A stretch of DNA of 64,000 nt from Candidatus Giovannonibacteria bacterium (GCA_016432405.1 CP066687.1:586629-650628), one strand, 5' to 3'; shown: positions 28,175 through 37,998, counted from the first letter of the stretch. Notes: generated by a model not told the origin, from the letters alone. Program-made: numbers and translations.

Positions 28175-29056
28175 ATGGCCATTGCGGAAAGAATAAAGGT
28201 GATAGTAAGATGGTTCAACAGTAAGAGGGGTTATGGTTTGGGTGATGGGGCTAACGAAAAGGTGTATATTCTACACTTTTCCCAGATCGCTTCTCACGGA
28301 ACTGGGTTCAGAAGTTTGGACCCAGGCGAAGAAGTTGAAATCACGCCAGTGCTTTCAGGCGACCCGACCAAGGGGCCGAGAGCGGAAGACGTCAGAAGAA
28401 TCACGAAAAAGCTCAAACCTCTTTCCAGCAAGGCGCCCGAGTATCGTTTTGAAAAAACGCGGCGCTTTCTGGAATTGACCGTGGGTTGGGATAACAACAT
28501 TGTTTTCCCAAATCCACTGGGCGGCTGCGACAGGGATTACGTCTCCGGCAATGTTGAGGCATTTTACCTCGGCGCGCCGGGATACTACAGAGAGCTTCCG
28601 CCGCTTTCTGTTGAGCTCCAAAAAACTATGGTTCGTGGGAACACAGCCATAGTTGGAGTGAACGAAGACGGCGGGGTTTTGCCGAGACGGTTTCTCTACG
28701 ACTTCCGCCCGGGGCACTTTGTTCTTGCGGTTACGGTAGATGGTGGAAAAGTATATGCGGAGGCAAAGCAAATAAGCTTCCGCATGCAAAACAGCACCAA
28801 TTCCATCGCTCCGCAAGACCATGGCGTCTGGGTCGTCGCGGATACCGTGTTCAAAAAGGTCTTTGAGGGCCTGCCGGACACGGAGAATGAGTACGAGCTC
28901 AAAATGGCAATTCGGGACCAGATACCCGACCCCGAAAACTTTGAAACCAAAAAAAGGAATACGAGTATGAAAGTTTTCGGGAAAGCCATAGCCCAATGCA
29001 TTTTAGAGCTCAAGCCAGACCCGGTCGTAGCCCAAGCCGCCCAAGCCACCGCCTAA
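28175..29056 (+). CDS. cold-shock domain (CSD) protein with ~220-aa C-terminal extension of unknown function
   Basis: N-terminus IKVIVRWFNSKRGYGLGDG...VYILHFSQI matches CspA-like RNP1/RNP2 motifs; RBS aaaggagg. Confidence 0.6.
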   Translation: MAIAERIKVIVRWFNSKRGYGLGDGANEKVYILHFSQIASHGTGFRSLDPGEEVEITPVLSGDPTKGPRAEDVRRITKKLKPLSSKAPEYRFEKTRRFLELTVGWDNNIVFPNPLGGCDRDYVSGNVEAFYLGAPGYYRELPPLSVELQKTMVRGNTAIVGVNEDGGVLPRRFLYDFRPGHFVLAVTVDGGKVYAEAKQISFRMQNSTNSIAPQDHGVWVVADTVFKKVFEGLPDTENEYELKMAIRDQIPDPENFETKKRNTSMKVFGKAIAQCILELKPDPVVAQAAQATA

Positions 29057-29100
29057 TCCAACCACTTCCGCAATCCGCCAACTGGCGGAGCGGGAAAGAA

Positions 29101-29130
29101 AAAAGGGGAACGCATCGTCGTTCCCCTTTG
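29101..29130. terminator. bidirectional terminator hairpin ggggaacg-catcgt-cgttcccc
   Basis: 8-bp stem flanked by A-run and T-rich tract between convergent genes. Confidence 0.5.
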
Positions 29131-29136
29131 CCATTT

Positions 29137-29412
29137 CTAGATGCCCCAAGTTGGATTCAAGGTTTTGATGCGCGGCTGCTCTTCCCCTTTTGGATAGGCA
29201 GTATAAGCCAGGATTGCGCCGGTTTCAACCGTTTTTTTATCAATCACCTGTCTCCAAGTAAACGGGATTGTATGTTCTGGCTTGGCGCAGTCTTTCGGGC
29301 ATTTTAGCTCCACATCGTGGAGCGTTCCTGTTCCGGTTTTCCAATCAAAATAGCGAACTTCACCTTTTCCTCTTAGCATATATTTCTCCTTCTTCCGAAA
29401 ATCTGTTTTCAT
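29137..29412 (-). CDS. hypothetical protein
   Basis: ORF only; no recognised domain. Confidence 0.35.
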   Translation of the reverse strand: MKTDFRKKEKYMLRGKGEVRYFDWKTGTGTLHDVELKCPKDCAKPEHTIPFTWRQVIDKKTVETGAILAYTAYPKGEEQPRIKTLNPTWGI

Positions 29413-29431
29413 TATACTCCTTTCATTTTAT

Positions 29432-30355
29432 TTGTCAAACAATATTTTTTGTGCTTATATAAATCTTATGGCGGAAAATATTAATGAAATTAAAATCGGG
29501 GGCGCCGGATATCCGGAGGCGCTAAAGGAGATTCCCTTTCCGCCCAAAAAAATTTCCATTTGGTCTTCTAACGGCCGACTCCCTGCTTCTAACTTCTATA
29601 TTTCTATAGTAGGCACGCGGCGCTCATCCGCTTACGGGGAAGAAATTTTAAGAAAAATCCTCGCTGGCCTCGCGCCCTACGGCTTCGCAACCGTTTCGGG
29701 GATGGCTACCGGGATTGACACAATAGTCGCCAAAGCAAGTTTGGAAAATAAAATGCCGACGATTGCCGTCTTGGGCTCCGGCATGGCACGTGAAGTATTT
29801 TATCCGTCAAAAAACTGGGCGCTCGCCGAGCGTATTGTGGAGGAAGGCGGCGCGATTCTTTCCGAATACGAGCACGATATGAAAGCGACGCTTTGGAGCT
29901 TCCCGCAGAGAAACCGGATTATCTCCGGCCTCTCCTCGGCAACGCTGGTCGTGGAGGCGCCGGAAAAAAGCGGGGCGCTGATTACGGCGAAGTTCGCCTT
30001 GGACCAAAACCGCGATGTTCTTGCCATCCCCGGCTCGGCTTTTTCTACAAACTCCTCCGGCACGAACAAGCTTATAAAACAAGGCGCGGCGCTTGTTGAA
30101 TCGGCGGAGGATGTTTTGCGGGCTTACGGGATTGAGGAAGTAGAACGTCCGACGTCCGATCGGACGTCGGACGTCCAAAGATTGGATTTATCTCCGGAGG
30201 AAAATAAAATTTTAGAAATTTTGCTGGAGCCGCTGGATATTGACTCTTTAATCAGAAAGAGTAAAATGCCCTCTCATACCGCGCAGTCCGTAATCGGACT
30301 TCTGGAAATCCGCGGTATCATTAAAAAACTCGGCAACGAATACGTAAGAACATAA
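29432..30355 (+). CDS. dprA: DNA processing protein DprA (Smf)
   Basis: Rossmann-like DprA core ...GSGMAREVFYP...RNRIISGLS...LAIPG; precedes topA (common synteny). Confidence 0.8.
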   Translation: MSNNIFCAYINLMAENINEIKIGGAGYPEALKEIPFPPKKISIWSSNGRLPASNFYISIVGTRRSSAYGEEILRKILAGLAPYGFATVSGMATGIDTIVAKASLENKMPTIAVLGSGMAREVFYPSKNWALAERIVEEGGAILSEYEHDMKATLWSFPQRNRIISGLSSATLVVEAPEKSGALITAKFALDQNRDVLAIPGSAFSTNSSGTNKLIKQGAALVESAEDVLRAYGIEEVERPTSDRTSDVQRLDLSPEENKILEILLEPLDIDSLIRKSKMPSHTAQSVIGLLEIRGIIKKLGNEYVRT

Positions 30356-30357
30356 AG

Positions 30358-32367
30358 ATGAAGCTTGTAATTGTTGAATCGCCAACTAAAGCAAAGACGA
30401 TTTCCCAATTTCTTGGGAAAGATTCCGCCACGGCGGGCGAGTTTGTTATTGAATCAAGCTACGGGCATGTGCGCGATCTGCCGAAGTCGCAGCTCGGAGT
30501 GGACGTGGAAAATAATTTCCAGCCGAAATACATTGTCCCCTTAAAAGCCAGAAAAAACGTAAGCGCTTTAAAGAAAAAAGCGGCTAAAGCCGAAAAAATA
30601 ATTCTGGCGACGGATGAAGATCGCGAAGGCGAAGCCATCGCCTGGCATCTGCTCTCCGCCTTGGGGCTGGAAGACCGCCCCGAGGATAACATTCTGCGGA
30701 TAGTTTTTCATGAAATAACTAAAAAGGCGATAGAAAAAGCGCTGAAAAATCCGCGCGATATAGACATGCACATGGTCAACGCCCAGCAGGCGCGGAGGAT
30801 CTTGGACCGGCTGGTGGGCTACAAGCTTTCTCCGTTTTTGTGGCAAAAAGTGGCCCGGGGGCTTTCAGCGGGGAGAGTGCAGTCCGTTGCCGTGCGGCTG
30901 ATAGTTGAGCGCGAAGCAGAGATTGATGCGTTTAAAAAAGAAGAATATTGGACGATTGAAGGAATTTTTTCCGCCAAAGGCGGATCCGCCTCCAGCGGAA
31001 AAAAAGACGACAATTCTTTTAAGGGTGAACTTTATAAGATTGGCGAGAAAGTGCTGGAAAAATTTGACATAAAAAACGAAACTGAAGCCAAAAAAATCTT
31101 GGATAAGTTGGAGGGAAAAAATGCCGAAGTTATTTCCGTGGAAAAAAGCGCGGAAGAGCGCCACGTCCCGCCGCCCTTTACCACCTCAACTCTGCAGCAG
31201 GCGGCTTTTCAACGGCTCCGAATGTCCGCCAAAGAAACCATGCGCAACGCCCAGCGCCTCTACGAGGAGGGCTACATAACTTACATGCGCACGGATTCGC
31301 TGAATCTTTCGCAGGAATCGCTCTCTGAAGCCGCCGGCTGGATTAAAGAAAACCTCGGCGGCAAATATTTATTACCGAAGCCGAGGATTTTTAAAACCAA
31401 ATCAAAATCCGCCCAGGAAGCGCACGAAGCCATCCGCCCCACGGACCCTTCCCGCAGGCCGGAAGATTTAAAAAAATCCACCGACCCGAGAGAAGCAAGG
31501 TTATACGAGCTTATCTGGCGGAGATTCATTTCCTCACAGCTCCCCAGCGCAGTTTTGGAAAACACGAAAGCAGATATTGATATTGACGGCCATACTTTCC
31601 GCGCAAACGGCACGCGGCTTGTCTTTGACGGATTTTTAAAAATTTATCAGATGAAGTTTTCGGAAAATATCCTTCCGGAGCTTAGAGAAAAAGAAGGATT
31701 GAAAACTGAATCAATCGCGCCGATTCAGCACTTTACCGAGCCGCCGCCCAGATTCAACGAAGCGAGCTTGGTAAAAGCATTGGAGAAAAACGGCATAGGC
31801 CGACCATCAACCTACGCGCCGACCATAGCCACAATCCAAGACCGCGGATACGTGGAAAAGGACGAGCAAAGGCGGCTCCGCCCGACCGAAACCGGGAAAA
31901 TTGTAAACGCGATGCTGGTGGAAAACTTTCCGGAAATAGTGGACATCAGCTTTACGGCAAAAATGGAAGAGGGGCTGGACGAGATTGCGGAAGGGCGCAG
32001 AGAATGGCCACCGGTCATCCGCGAATTTTACGAGCCGTTTTCAAAACACCTTGAAACAAAATATGAAAGCGTGGATTCCCAAAAAATTGAGGAAAAAACT
32101 GACGAGAGCTGCCCGAATTGCGGCAAACCAATAGTCATAAAACGCGGAAGGTTTGGAAGATTCATGGCCTGCTCCGGCTTCCCGGAATGCAAAACGACAA
32201 AAAAACTACCGGAGCCGGCCCTCAATATAAAATGTCCGAAGTGTCTTGAGGGCGACGTCGTCCGCCGCCGCGGCAAAAAAAACGGGCGCTATTTCTTCGG
32301 CTGCTCTAGGTGGCCCGCCTGCGACTTCGTTTCCTGGACACTACCCGGCAGGGAAAAGAAAGAGTAA
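30358..32367 (+). CDS. topA: DNA topoisomerase I
   Basis: TOPRIM N-terminus MKLVIVESPTKAKTI, catalytic region, C-terminal Cys4 zinc ribbons. Confidence 0.9.
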   Translation: MKLVIVESPTKAKTISQFLGKDSATAGEFVIESSYGHVRDLPKSQLGVDVENNFQPKYIVPLKARKNVSALKKKAAKAEKIILATDEDREGEAIAWHLLSALGLEDRPEDNILRIVFHEITKKAIEKALKNPRDIDMHMVNAQQARRILDRLVGYKLSPFLWQKVARGLSAGRVQSVAVRLIVEREAEIDAFKKEEYWTIEGIFSAKGGSASSGKKDDNSFKGELYKIGEKVLEKFDIKNETEAKKILDKLEGKNAEVISVEKSAEERHVPPPFTTSTLQQAAFQRLRMSAKETMRNAQRLYEEGYITYMRTDSLNLSQESLSEAAGWIKENLGGKYLLPKPRIFKTKSKSAQEAHEAIRPTDPSRRPEDLKKSTDPREARLYELIWRRFISSQLPSAVLENTKADIDIDGHTFRANGTRLVFDGFLKIYQMKFSENILPELREKEGLKTESIAPIQHFTEPPPRFNEASLVKALEKNGIGRPSTYAPTIATIQDRGYVEKDEQRRLRPTETGKIVNAMLVENFPEIVDISFTAKMEEGLDEIAEGRREWPPVIREFYEPFSKHLETKYESVDSQKIEEKTDESCPNCGKPIVIKRGRFGRFMACSGFPECKTTKKLPEPALNIKCPKCLEGDVVRRRGKKNGRYFFGCSRWPACDFVSWTLPGREKKE

Positions 32368-32445
32368 ACCCCCACACCAAAATTTTTAACATGCCGCAAT
32401 AGTATGGTTGTAGATTCTTTGGTGTGGGGGTAAAGTAAGAACACA

Positions 32446-34158
32446 ATGGAGTGGGAGGAATACGAAAAAAAACTGCGCGAATTGGGGTATAAAGATGAAG
32501 CTATAAGCATTATCAAATCCGCTTTCGCTTACGCCGCGAAAATACACGCCGATGAGAAGCGCGCCTCCGGCGACCCTTATATCACCCACCCCATGGCGGT
32601 GTCCTTAAACGTCGCCAAAATTAAAATGGACGCCCCGACCGTCGCCGCCGCGCTTCTTCACGACATCGTTGAAAATAAAGGGATAAAGCCGGAAGAACTA
32701 AAAAAGCAATTTGGAGAAGAAATTGCTTTTTTAGTTGACGCCCTGACAAAAGCCGAGCGCGTGCAATACAGGGGGGTTGAGCGCGCGGTGGAATCTTTGC
32801 GCAAAATGTTTTTGGCGCTAGCCCAAGACATACGCGTGGTCATAATCAAGCTCATGGACCGGCTCCACAACATGGAAACGCTTAGATTTCTTCCTTTGGA
32901 AAAACAGCGCCGCATAGCGATGGAAACCTTGGAGCTCTACGCCCCGCTTGCGGACCGCTTGGGCATCTGGGAAGTGAAAGCAAGATTGGAGGATTTGGCT
33001 TTCTCTTACGTTTATCCGGAAGAATACAAATGGCTGATGTTTCAAATTAAAAATAGACGGGAAGAAGACGAAAAGTATCTGGAAAAATTGAAGCCCACCG
33101 TGGAGTCGGAGCTCAAAAAAGAGAACGTAAACGCCGTGCGCGTCACCTGCCGGGCGAAGCATTTCTACAGCATCTGGAAAAAACTCATAAAACACGAAAT
33201 GAATTTTGACAGAATTTTGGATTTGGTTTCAATGAGGATAATTTTGCGAAATAGCGAAGATTGCTACCGGGCGCTTGGAATAATACATAAACTCTGGAAA
33301 CCGATGCCCGGAAGAATTAAAGATTACATCGCGCTCCCCAAATCCAACGGCTACCGAAGCATCCACACTACGGTTTTCGGGCCGGAAGAAAAAAAGGTTG
33401 ACATTCAGATAAGAACCGCGGAGATGGACGATGAAGCGGAGCACGGCATCGCCGCGCACTGGTTTTACGAAGAGCAAGGCAAAAAATCGGTCACGAAAAA
33501 ATTGGGAGATAAAAGATTTTCCTGGGTCAGCCAGTTGCAGGAATGGCAAAAAGCGCATGCCAACGCGCCGTCAGCCGAAGCGCTCGCGGCGCTTAAAATT
33601 GATTTTTTCAAAGACAGGATATTCGTTTTCACTCCGAAAGGCGACGTCGCAGACCTGCCGGAAGGAGCTACGCCGATAGATTTTGCCTACCATATCCACT
33701 CGGAAATCGGCGACCATATGTCGGGGGCAAAAGTGAACGGCAAGCTGGTCCATTTTTCGCACCAGCTTAAATCCGGCGACCGGGTAGAGATTCTCACCCA
33801 AAAAAATAAAAGGCCGACTTCCGACTGGCTAGAATTTGCCAAAACGTCGATGGCTAAAAACCATATAAGATCCGCCCTAAGAAAACTCGGCGTAATGGAG
33901 CCGGTGAAGAAAAAATTACCGCTTCTGGAAGCGGTTGTCACAGCCAAGGACCGGCTGGGTCTGTTGAAAGATTTGTCCGCGGCATTCGCGCGGCTCGGCA
34001 TAAATATAGTCGGAGTGAAAATTGACCCAAAAAATAAAGCGTATCCTAAAACGTTGTTTCATTTTCACCCCAAAGCCGGCGTGCCGAATTCCAGATTACT
34101 CACCGCGCTCCGGCAAATCAAAAGTGTTGAAGACGCGGCAATCAAAGAAGTTAAATAA
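32446..34158 (+). CDS. bifunctional (p)ppGpp synthetase/hydrolase (RelA/SpoT family)
   Basis: HD domain (HDIVEN), RelA_SpoT synthetase motif region, TGS and ACT-like C-terminus. Confidence 0.85.
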   Translation: MEWEEYEKKLRELGYKDEAISIIKSAFAYAAKIHADEKRASGDPYITHPMAVSLNVAKIKMDAPTVAAALLHDIVENKGIKPEELKKQFGEEIAFLVDALTKAERVQYRGVERAVESLRKMFLALAQDIRVVIIKLMDRLHNMETLRFLPLEKQRRIAMETLELYAPLADRLGIWEVKARLEDLAFSYVYPEEYKWLMFQIKNRREEDEKYLEKLKPTVESELKKENVNAVRVTCRAKHFYSIWKKLIKHEMNFDRILDLVSMRIILRNSEDCYRALGIIHKLWKPMPGRIKDYIALPKSNGYRSIHTTVFGPEEKKVDIQIRTAEMDDEAEHGIAAHWFYEEQGKKSVTKKLGDKRFSWVSQLQEWQKAHANAPSAEALAALKIDFFKDRIFVFTPKGDVADLPEGATPIDFAYHIHSEIGDHMSGAKVNGKLVHFSHQLKSGDRVEILTQKNKRPTSDWLEFAKTSMAKNHIRSALRKLGVMEPVKKKLPLLEAVVTAKDRLGLLKDLSAAFARLGINIVGVKIDPKNKAYPKTLFHFHPKAGVPNSRLLTALRQIKSVEDAAIKEVK

Positions 34159-35005
34159 AAGAAGCAGGCGCCGGAACTATTTTATCCGATATTGATTTAA
34201 GCTCCTCATCCGAGAAAAATTCTATATAAATCTTACCTTTAGGCCCGCGCTTTTCTATGTGCACTCTCGTGCCCAAAACACTTTCCATTCTCTCCTGAAG
34301 CGCTCTTGTTTCAGGGTCCAAAAAAGCGCGGGCCTTCTCGCGCGCAATATTTCTGGCGGCGCGCTCGGCTTCGCGCACGGACAAACTGCTCGTCAAAATG
34401 TTCTGGTAAAGCTGGTTTTGGTCGTCCGGATGGCCGGAGAGCATAAGAAGTGGCCTGGTGTGCCCCTCGCTGATTTTACCCGCGGCAACCGCTTCCTGCA
34501 TCGCCTCCGGCAACTGGAGAAGCCGCAAGGTGTTTGCGACAACCTCCCTGCTTTTGCCGATTCTCTCCGCCACGTCTGCTTGGCGCAGTCCGAATTGTTC
34601 AATAAGCCGCTTGAAGGCGCGCGCTTTTTCTATCGGGTTTAAATCCGCGCGCTGGAGATTTTCCACCAAAGCAAGCTCAAGTTTAACTTTGTCCGAAGTG
34701 TCGTCCCGTATAATCGCGGGGATTTGCGGAAGGGCGATAATCCTCGCGGCGCGCAGCCGCCGCTCGCCGGCCAAAAGCTCGTATTCAACGGACAGGACTT
34801 GCCCCGTTCCCTCTCCGCTTAATTCCTTTCTGGTAACTACGATTGGCTGCAAAACGCCGTACTCGCGGATTGATTCGGCAAGTTCTTTTAAGGAACTTTC
34901 GTCAAACTCCCGCCTCGGCTGCAGTGGATTGGGCTTGATTTTATCCAGCTCTATCCAAAAAACTGATTCTTTAACTTTTGCCGGCTGATTGATTTTTTCG
35001 TCCAT
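34151..35005 (-). CDS. parB: chromosome partitioning protein ParB/Spo0J
   Basis: ParB box LLAGERRLRAARI and HTH; ~284 aa. Confidence 0.8.
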   Translation of the reverse strand: MDEKINQPAKVKESVFWIELDKIKPNPLQPRREFDESSLKELAESIREYGVLQPIVVTRKELSGEGTGQVLSVEYELLAGERRLRAARIIALPQIPAIIRDDTSDKVKLELALVENLQRADLNPIEKARAFKRLIEQFGLRQADVAERIGKSREVVANTLRLLQLPEAMQEAVAAGKISEGHTRPLLMLSGHPDDQNQLYQNILTSSLSVREAERAARNIAREKARAFLDPETRALQERMESVLGTRVHIEKRGPKGKIYIEFFSDEELKSISDKIVPAPASFI

Positions 35006-35047
35006 TATGTTTAAAATAACAAAACGAAGAAATTTGTAAATACGCGC

Positions 35048-35131
35048 GCCTAGGTGGCGGAATCGGTATACGCGAAGGTCTCAAAAACCTTTGGGCGCAA
35101 GCCCTTGGGAGTTCGAGTCTCCCCCTAGGCA
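35048..35131 (+). tRNA. tRNA-Leu (anticodon CAA)
   Basis: Manual fold: acceptor gcctagg/cctaggc, anticodon loop cuCAAaa, long variable arm tgggcgcaagccc, T-arm gggag-ttcgagt-ctccc. Confidence 0.8.
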
Positions 35132-35132
35132 T

Positions 35133-35714
35133 TTGGAAAAGAGATTAAGCAAAAATAAAAAATTAAAAGCATACGTTGTAGGCCTAGCTCTTGGCGACGG
35201 CAATCTTTCCAATCCCAATGGACGGGCTGTAAGATTGCGTATAACTTGCGACAAGAAATACCCAAACCTTATACAGAATATTTATAGTTCTGTTCAAAAA
35301 CTTTTTCCAGACAATAAAGTCGCGGTCGTTAATCATAAAAGATACATAGATATAAGTTGTTATTCCAATAAATTAGAATCTATTTTGGGATGGAAAGCTA
35401 AGGGCGGATCAAAATATAAACAAAACGTTTCTATTCCCCATTGGATAAAGCTTAATAAAATATTTGCGAGAGAATGCCTTAGAGGATTGCTTCAAACAGA
35501 CGGATCTATTTATCGCGACCGCGGATATCTTATGGTAAATTTTGTAAATCACACACCGGCCTTATCAAGAGATGTTTTTTTATTGATGCAAAAATTGGGA
35601 TTTAAGCCCAATATCCAGAAATTGAGAAATAAAAACGGCTCAACAAAACATACTATCAGAATATCAAAAGATACAGAAAGATTTATAAACATAATAAAGC
35701 TTTCGAAAAGCTAG
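35133..35714 (+). CDS. LAGLIDADG-family homing endonuclease
   Basis: Two motifs YVVGLALGDGNL and LRGLLQTDGSIY; track ORF begins inside the tRNA, so real start lies after 35131 (possibly TTG at 35133). Confidence 0.55.
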   Translation: MEKRLSKNKKLKAYVVGLALGDGNLSNPNGRAVRLRITCDKKYPNLIQNIYSSVQKLFPDNKVAVVNHKRYIDISCYSNKLESILGWKAKGGSKYKQNVSIPHWIKLNKIFARECLRGLLQTDGSIYRDRGYLMVNFVNHTPALSRDVFLLMQKLGFKPNIQKLRNKNGSTKHTIRISKDTERFINIIKLSKS

Positions 35715-35770
35715 AAATAAAAATAAGCATATGCTATACCAAAAACATCGGCTCGAACCATATTTTAATT

Positions 35771-36592
35771 TTGGGGGAAGAAAAATTTTTAATTCTTATG
35801 ACTAAATCTAAAAAGCAATGGTGGAAAACTTTGTTCGATGAGAAGTATCTAAAAACATACATTGATACTGTTACTCCCGAACTCACTAAACGACAAATTC
35901 CCTTTTTACTAAAACGACTCCAACTCAAAAAGGGCGCGGAAATTTTGGATTTGGCATGTGGACACGGCAGACATGCTATCGAGTTGGCAAAGCGTGGATA
36001 TAAAGTTACTGGCTTAGATTTTTCTAAGCACTTTATTGACATCGCCAAGAAAGACGCAAATGAAAAGGGTGTGAAAGTTAATTTTATCCAAGGCGATATG
36101 CGTAATCTCTCTTTCGTCAATAAATTCGACGCTATTATAAACATATTTACATCTTTCGGATATTTCGATGATGAGAGCGACAATGAACTTGTGCTTCGAA
36201 AAATTTCTCGTGCCCTTAAACCAAACGGAAAATTTTTGATTGAAATTAATAATGCTATGGGCAAATTAGCTCGCATGTCACAGGAAGGAAAAACCGATAA
36301 AAAAACCGGATTTTTGACTAATGTAAAAAAAGATAAATTATCGAATAGTCTCATAGTTACAACGAAAGATGAATTTAATCCTGCGACAATGCGATGGTCC
36401 ATGACACGAACATGGAAAGAAAAAGGTAGGTTGAAAATTTACAAAACAAATGTACGTATGTTTTCTCCACCCGAATTAAATAATATGATGAAGCGAAATG
36501 ACTTGCGTATTGAAAAAACGTGGGGAGATTTGCAAGGTTCTCCGTTTGGTTTTGCCGCTCGTCGTTTGGTTGTATTAGCGCGAAAATCATAG
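35771..36592 (+). CDS. class I SAM-dependent methyltransferase
   Basis: Motif I ILDLACGHGRHAIELA and motif post-I VTGLDFS. Confidence 0.7.
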   Translation: MGEEKFLILMTKSKKQWWKTLFDEKYLKTYIDTVTPELTKRQIPFLLKRLQLKKGAEILDLACGHGRHAIELAKRGYKVTGLDFSKHFIDIAKKDANEKGVKVNFIQGDMRNLSFVNKFDAIINIFTSFGYFDDESDNELVLRKISRALKPNGKFLIEINNAMGKLARMSQEGKTDKKTGFLTNVKKDKLSNSLIVTTKDEFNPATMRWSMTRTWKEKGRLKIYKTNVRMFSPPELNNMMKRNDLRIEKTWGDLQGSPFGFAARRLVVLARKS

Positions 36593-36681
36593 TTGTTTTT
36601 GAATTTGAATTTGCCGCCAAAGAAAAACTTGCTTGTCCGCCACAGCCCGAAGGGCGACGGCGGAAAATTGTCGGGTTTTAA

Positions 36682-37167
36682 TTAATTCAAGTATCCTGCA
36701 AAATTCTTTAGTAAAATTTTAACCAGCCAAGCGCTTAAAATGCCGATAACCGCGCCGCCCAAAATATCCGATGTCCAATGGATGCCGGCGGCGACGCGGC
36801 TGAAGCTTATCGTAAGCGCCGCGGCGTAAAATAAAACTCCCCACCATTTTTTGTAAAAAAACACTCCGGTCGCGAGCGCGAAGAAAAACGCGGCGTGTCC
36901 CGAGGGAAAAGCTCCGCCCGGGGAATGCTGCATTAGCTGGTAAACATTGCCCAAAACTTCAAATGGCCGCGGGCGATCGTAAAAATAGCGGATGATGTCT
37001 GTAAAAATAAACCGCGCAACCAACGCCGCGGCGAAAGAATGAATTATCATCAATAACTCCCGTTTTTTATCGCGCCCTAAAACGTAAAACGCCAAAATTC
37101 CAACGCCCACCCACCAAGGCAGATATTCCGCCATAAAAATAATTGTTGTTTCGTAAGACAAATACAT
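36682..37167 (-). CDS. PAP2-family phosphatase (membrane)
   Basis: PSGHAAFFFALA and SRVAAGIHWTSD motifs of the acid phosphatase/PAP2 family. Confidence 0.65.
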   Translation of the reverse strand: MYLSYETTIIFMAEYLPWWVGVGILAFYVLGRDKKRELLMIIHSFAAALVARFIFTDIIRYFYDRPRPFEVLGNVYQLMQHSPGGAFPSGHAAFFFALATGVFFYKKWWGVLFYAAALTISFSRVAAGIHWTSDILGGAVIGILSAWLVKILLKNFAGYLN

Positions 37168-37176
37168 AAATATATT

Positions 37177-37998
37177 TTAGCTTTTTTTAATCAACTCCAC
37201 CAAATTCTTAAAAAGCATAGCCACTGTCAAGGGACCGACTCCGCCCGGGACCGGAGTGAAAATTGATGCCTTATCAGCGACTTTTTGGTTAAAATCTCCG
37301 AGCAGTTTTCCAGCAGCTTCCGATGTTCCACAGTCAATCGCTATAACTCCATCTTTTACCATTTGCGGGCCTACGAGATTCGGCTCCCCAACTCCGGAGA
37401 TTATTATATCCGCGTCCGTCGTATGCAACGTCGGGTCGGCTATATTTTCGTCAATCACAGTCACTGCCGCGCCCTGATTGATTAGCCAATTCGCAGCCGG
37501 CTTGCCCACCAATCGCCCGGCGCCGATTACAACCGCTTTTTTGCTTCTCACATCAACATTATGTTTATCAAAAATATATTTAATCGCCCCGACAACCGGC
37601 GGCAAAATTTTGCTTCTGCCTGAAGAAAATAAACCAACGCTTTTTGAAGAAAGCATGTCCGGGTCTTTTCCCGGCATTATCGCGTCTAGAATATATTGGG
37701 GGTTTATTTGCTTGGGCAATGGCAGCTGCACAATCACGCCAGTATTTTCTTTAATATGCACGATTTCCGCTAATTTTTTACGCAGCTGATTTGTTGAAAT
37801 AGTTTCCGGCAAATCGTAAATCCTAACGTCAATTCCAACCGCCTCGCCGAATTTCTTTTTCTGCTCCAAAAATTTTTCAGTAACTTTATCATCTCCGACT
37901 TTCACTACAGCAAGCCGTATTTTTTTATTTAACCCAAAAACTTCCGCTTTCAATTCGGCCTTAATCTCCTCCGCCAATTTTTTCCCGTCAATAATCAT
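37177..37998 (-). CDS. folD: bifunctional methylenetetrahydrofolate dehydrogenase/cyclohydrolase FolD
   Basis: MIIDGKKLAEEIK N-terminus and NAD(P)-binding GRSKILP...PGGVGP region. Confidence 0.85.
   Translation of the reverse strand: MIIDGKKLAEEIKAELKAEVFGLNKKIRLAVVKVGDDKVTEKFLEQKKKFGEAVGIDVRIYDLPETISTNQLRKKLAEIVHIKENTGVIVQLPLPKQINPQYILDAIMPGKDPDMLSSKSVGLFSSGRSKILPPVVGAIKYIFDKHNVDVRSKKAVVIGAGRLVGKPAANWLINQGAAVTVIDENIADPTLHTTDADIIISGVGEPNLVGPQMVKDGVIAIDCGTSEAAGKLLGDFNQKVADKASIFTPVPGGVGPLTVAMLFKNLVELIKKS

Noticed and set aside
35091-35131. Start of the LAGLIDADG ORF as given in the ORF track
   Set aside because: The first 14 codons are a translation of tRNA-Leu. The real start must lie after 35131, probably a non-ATG start.
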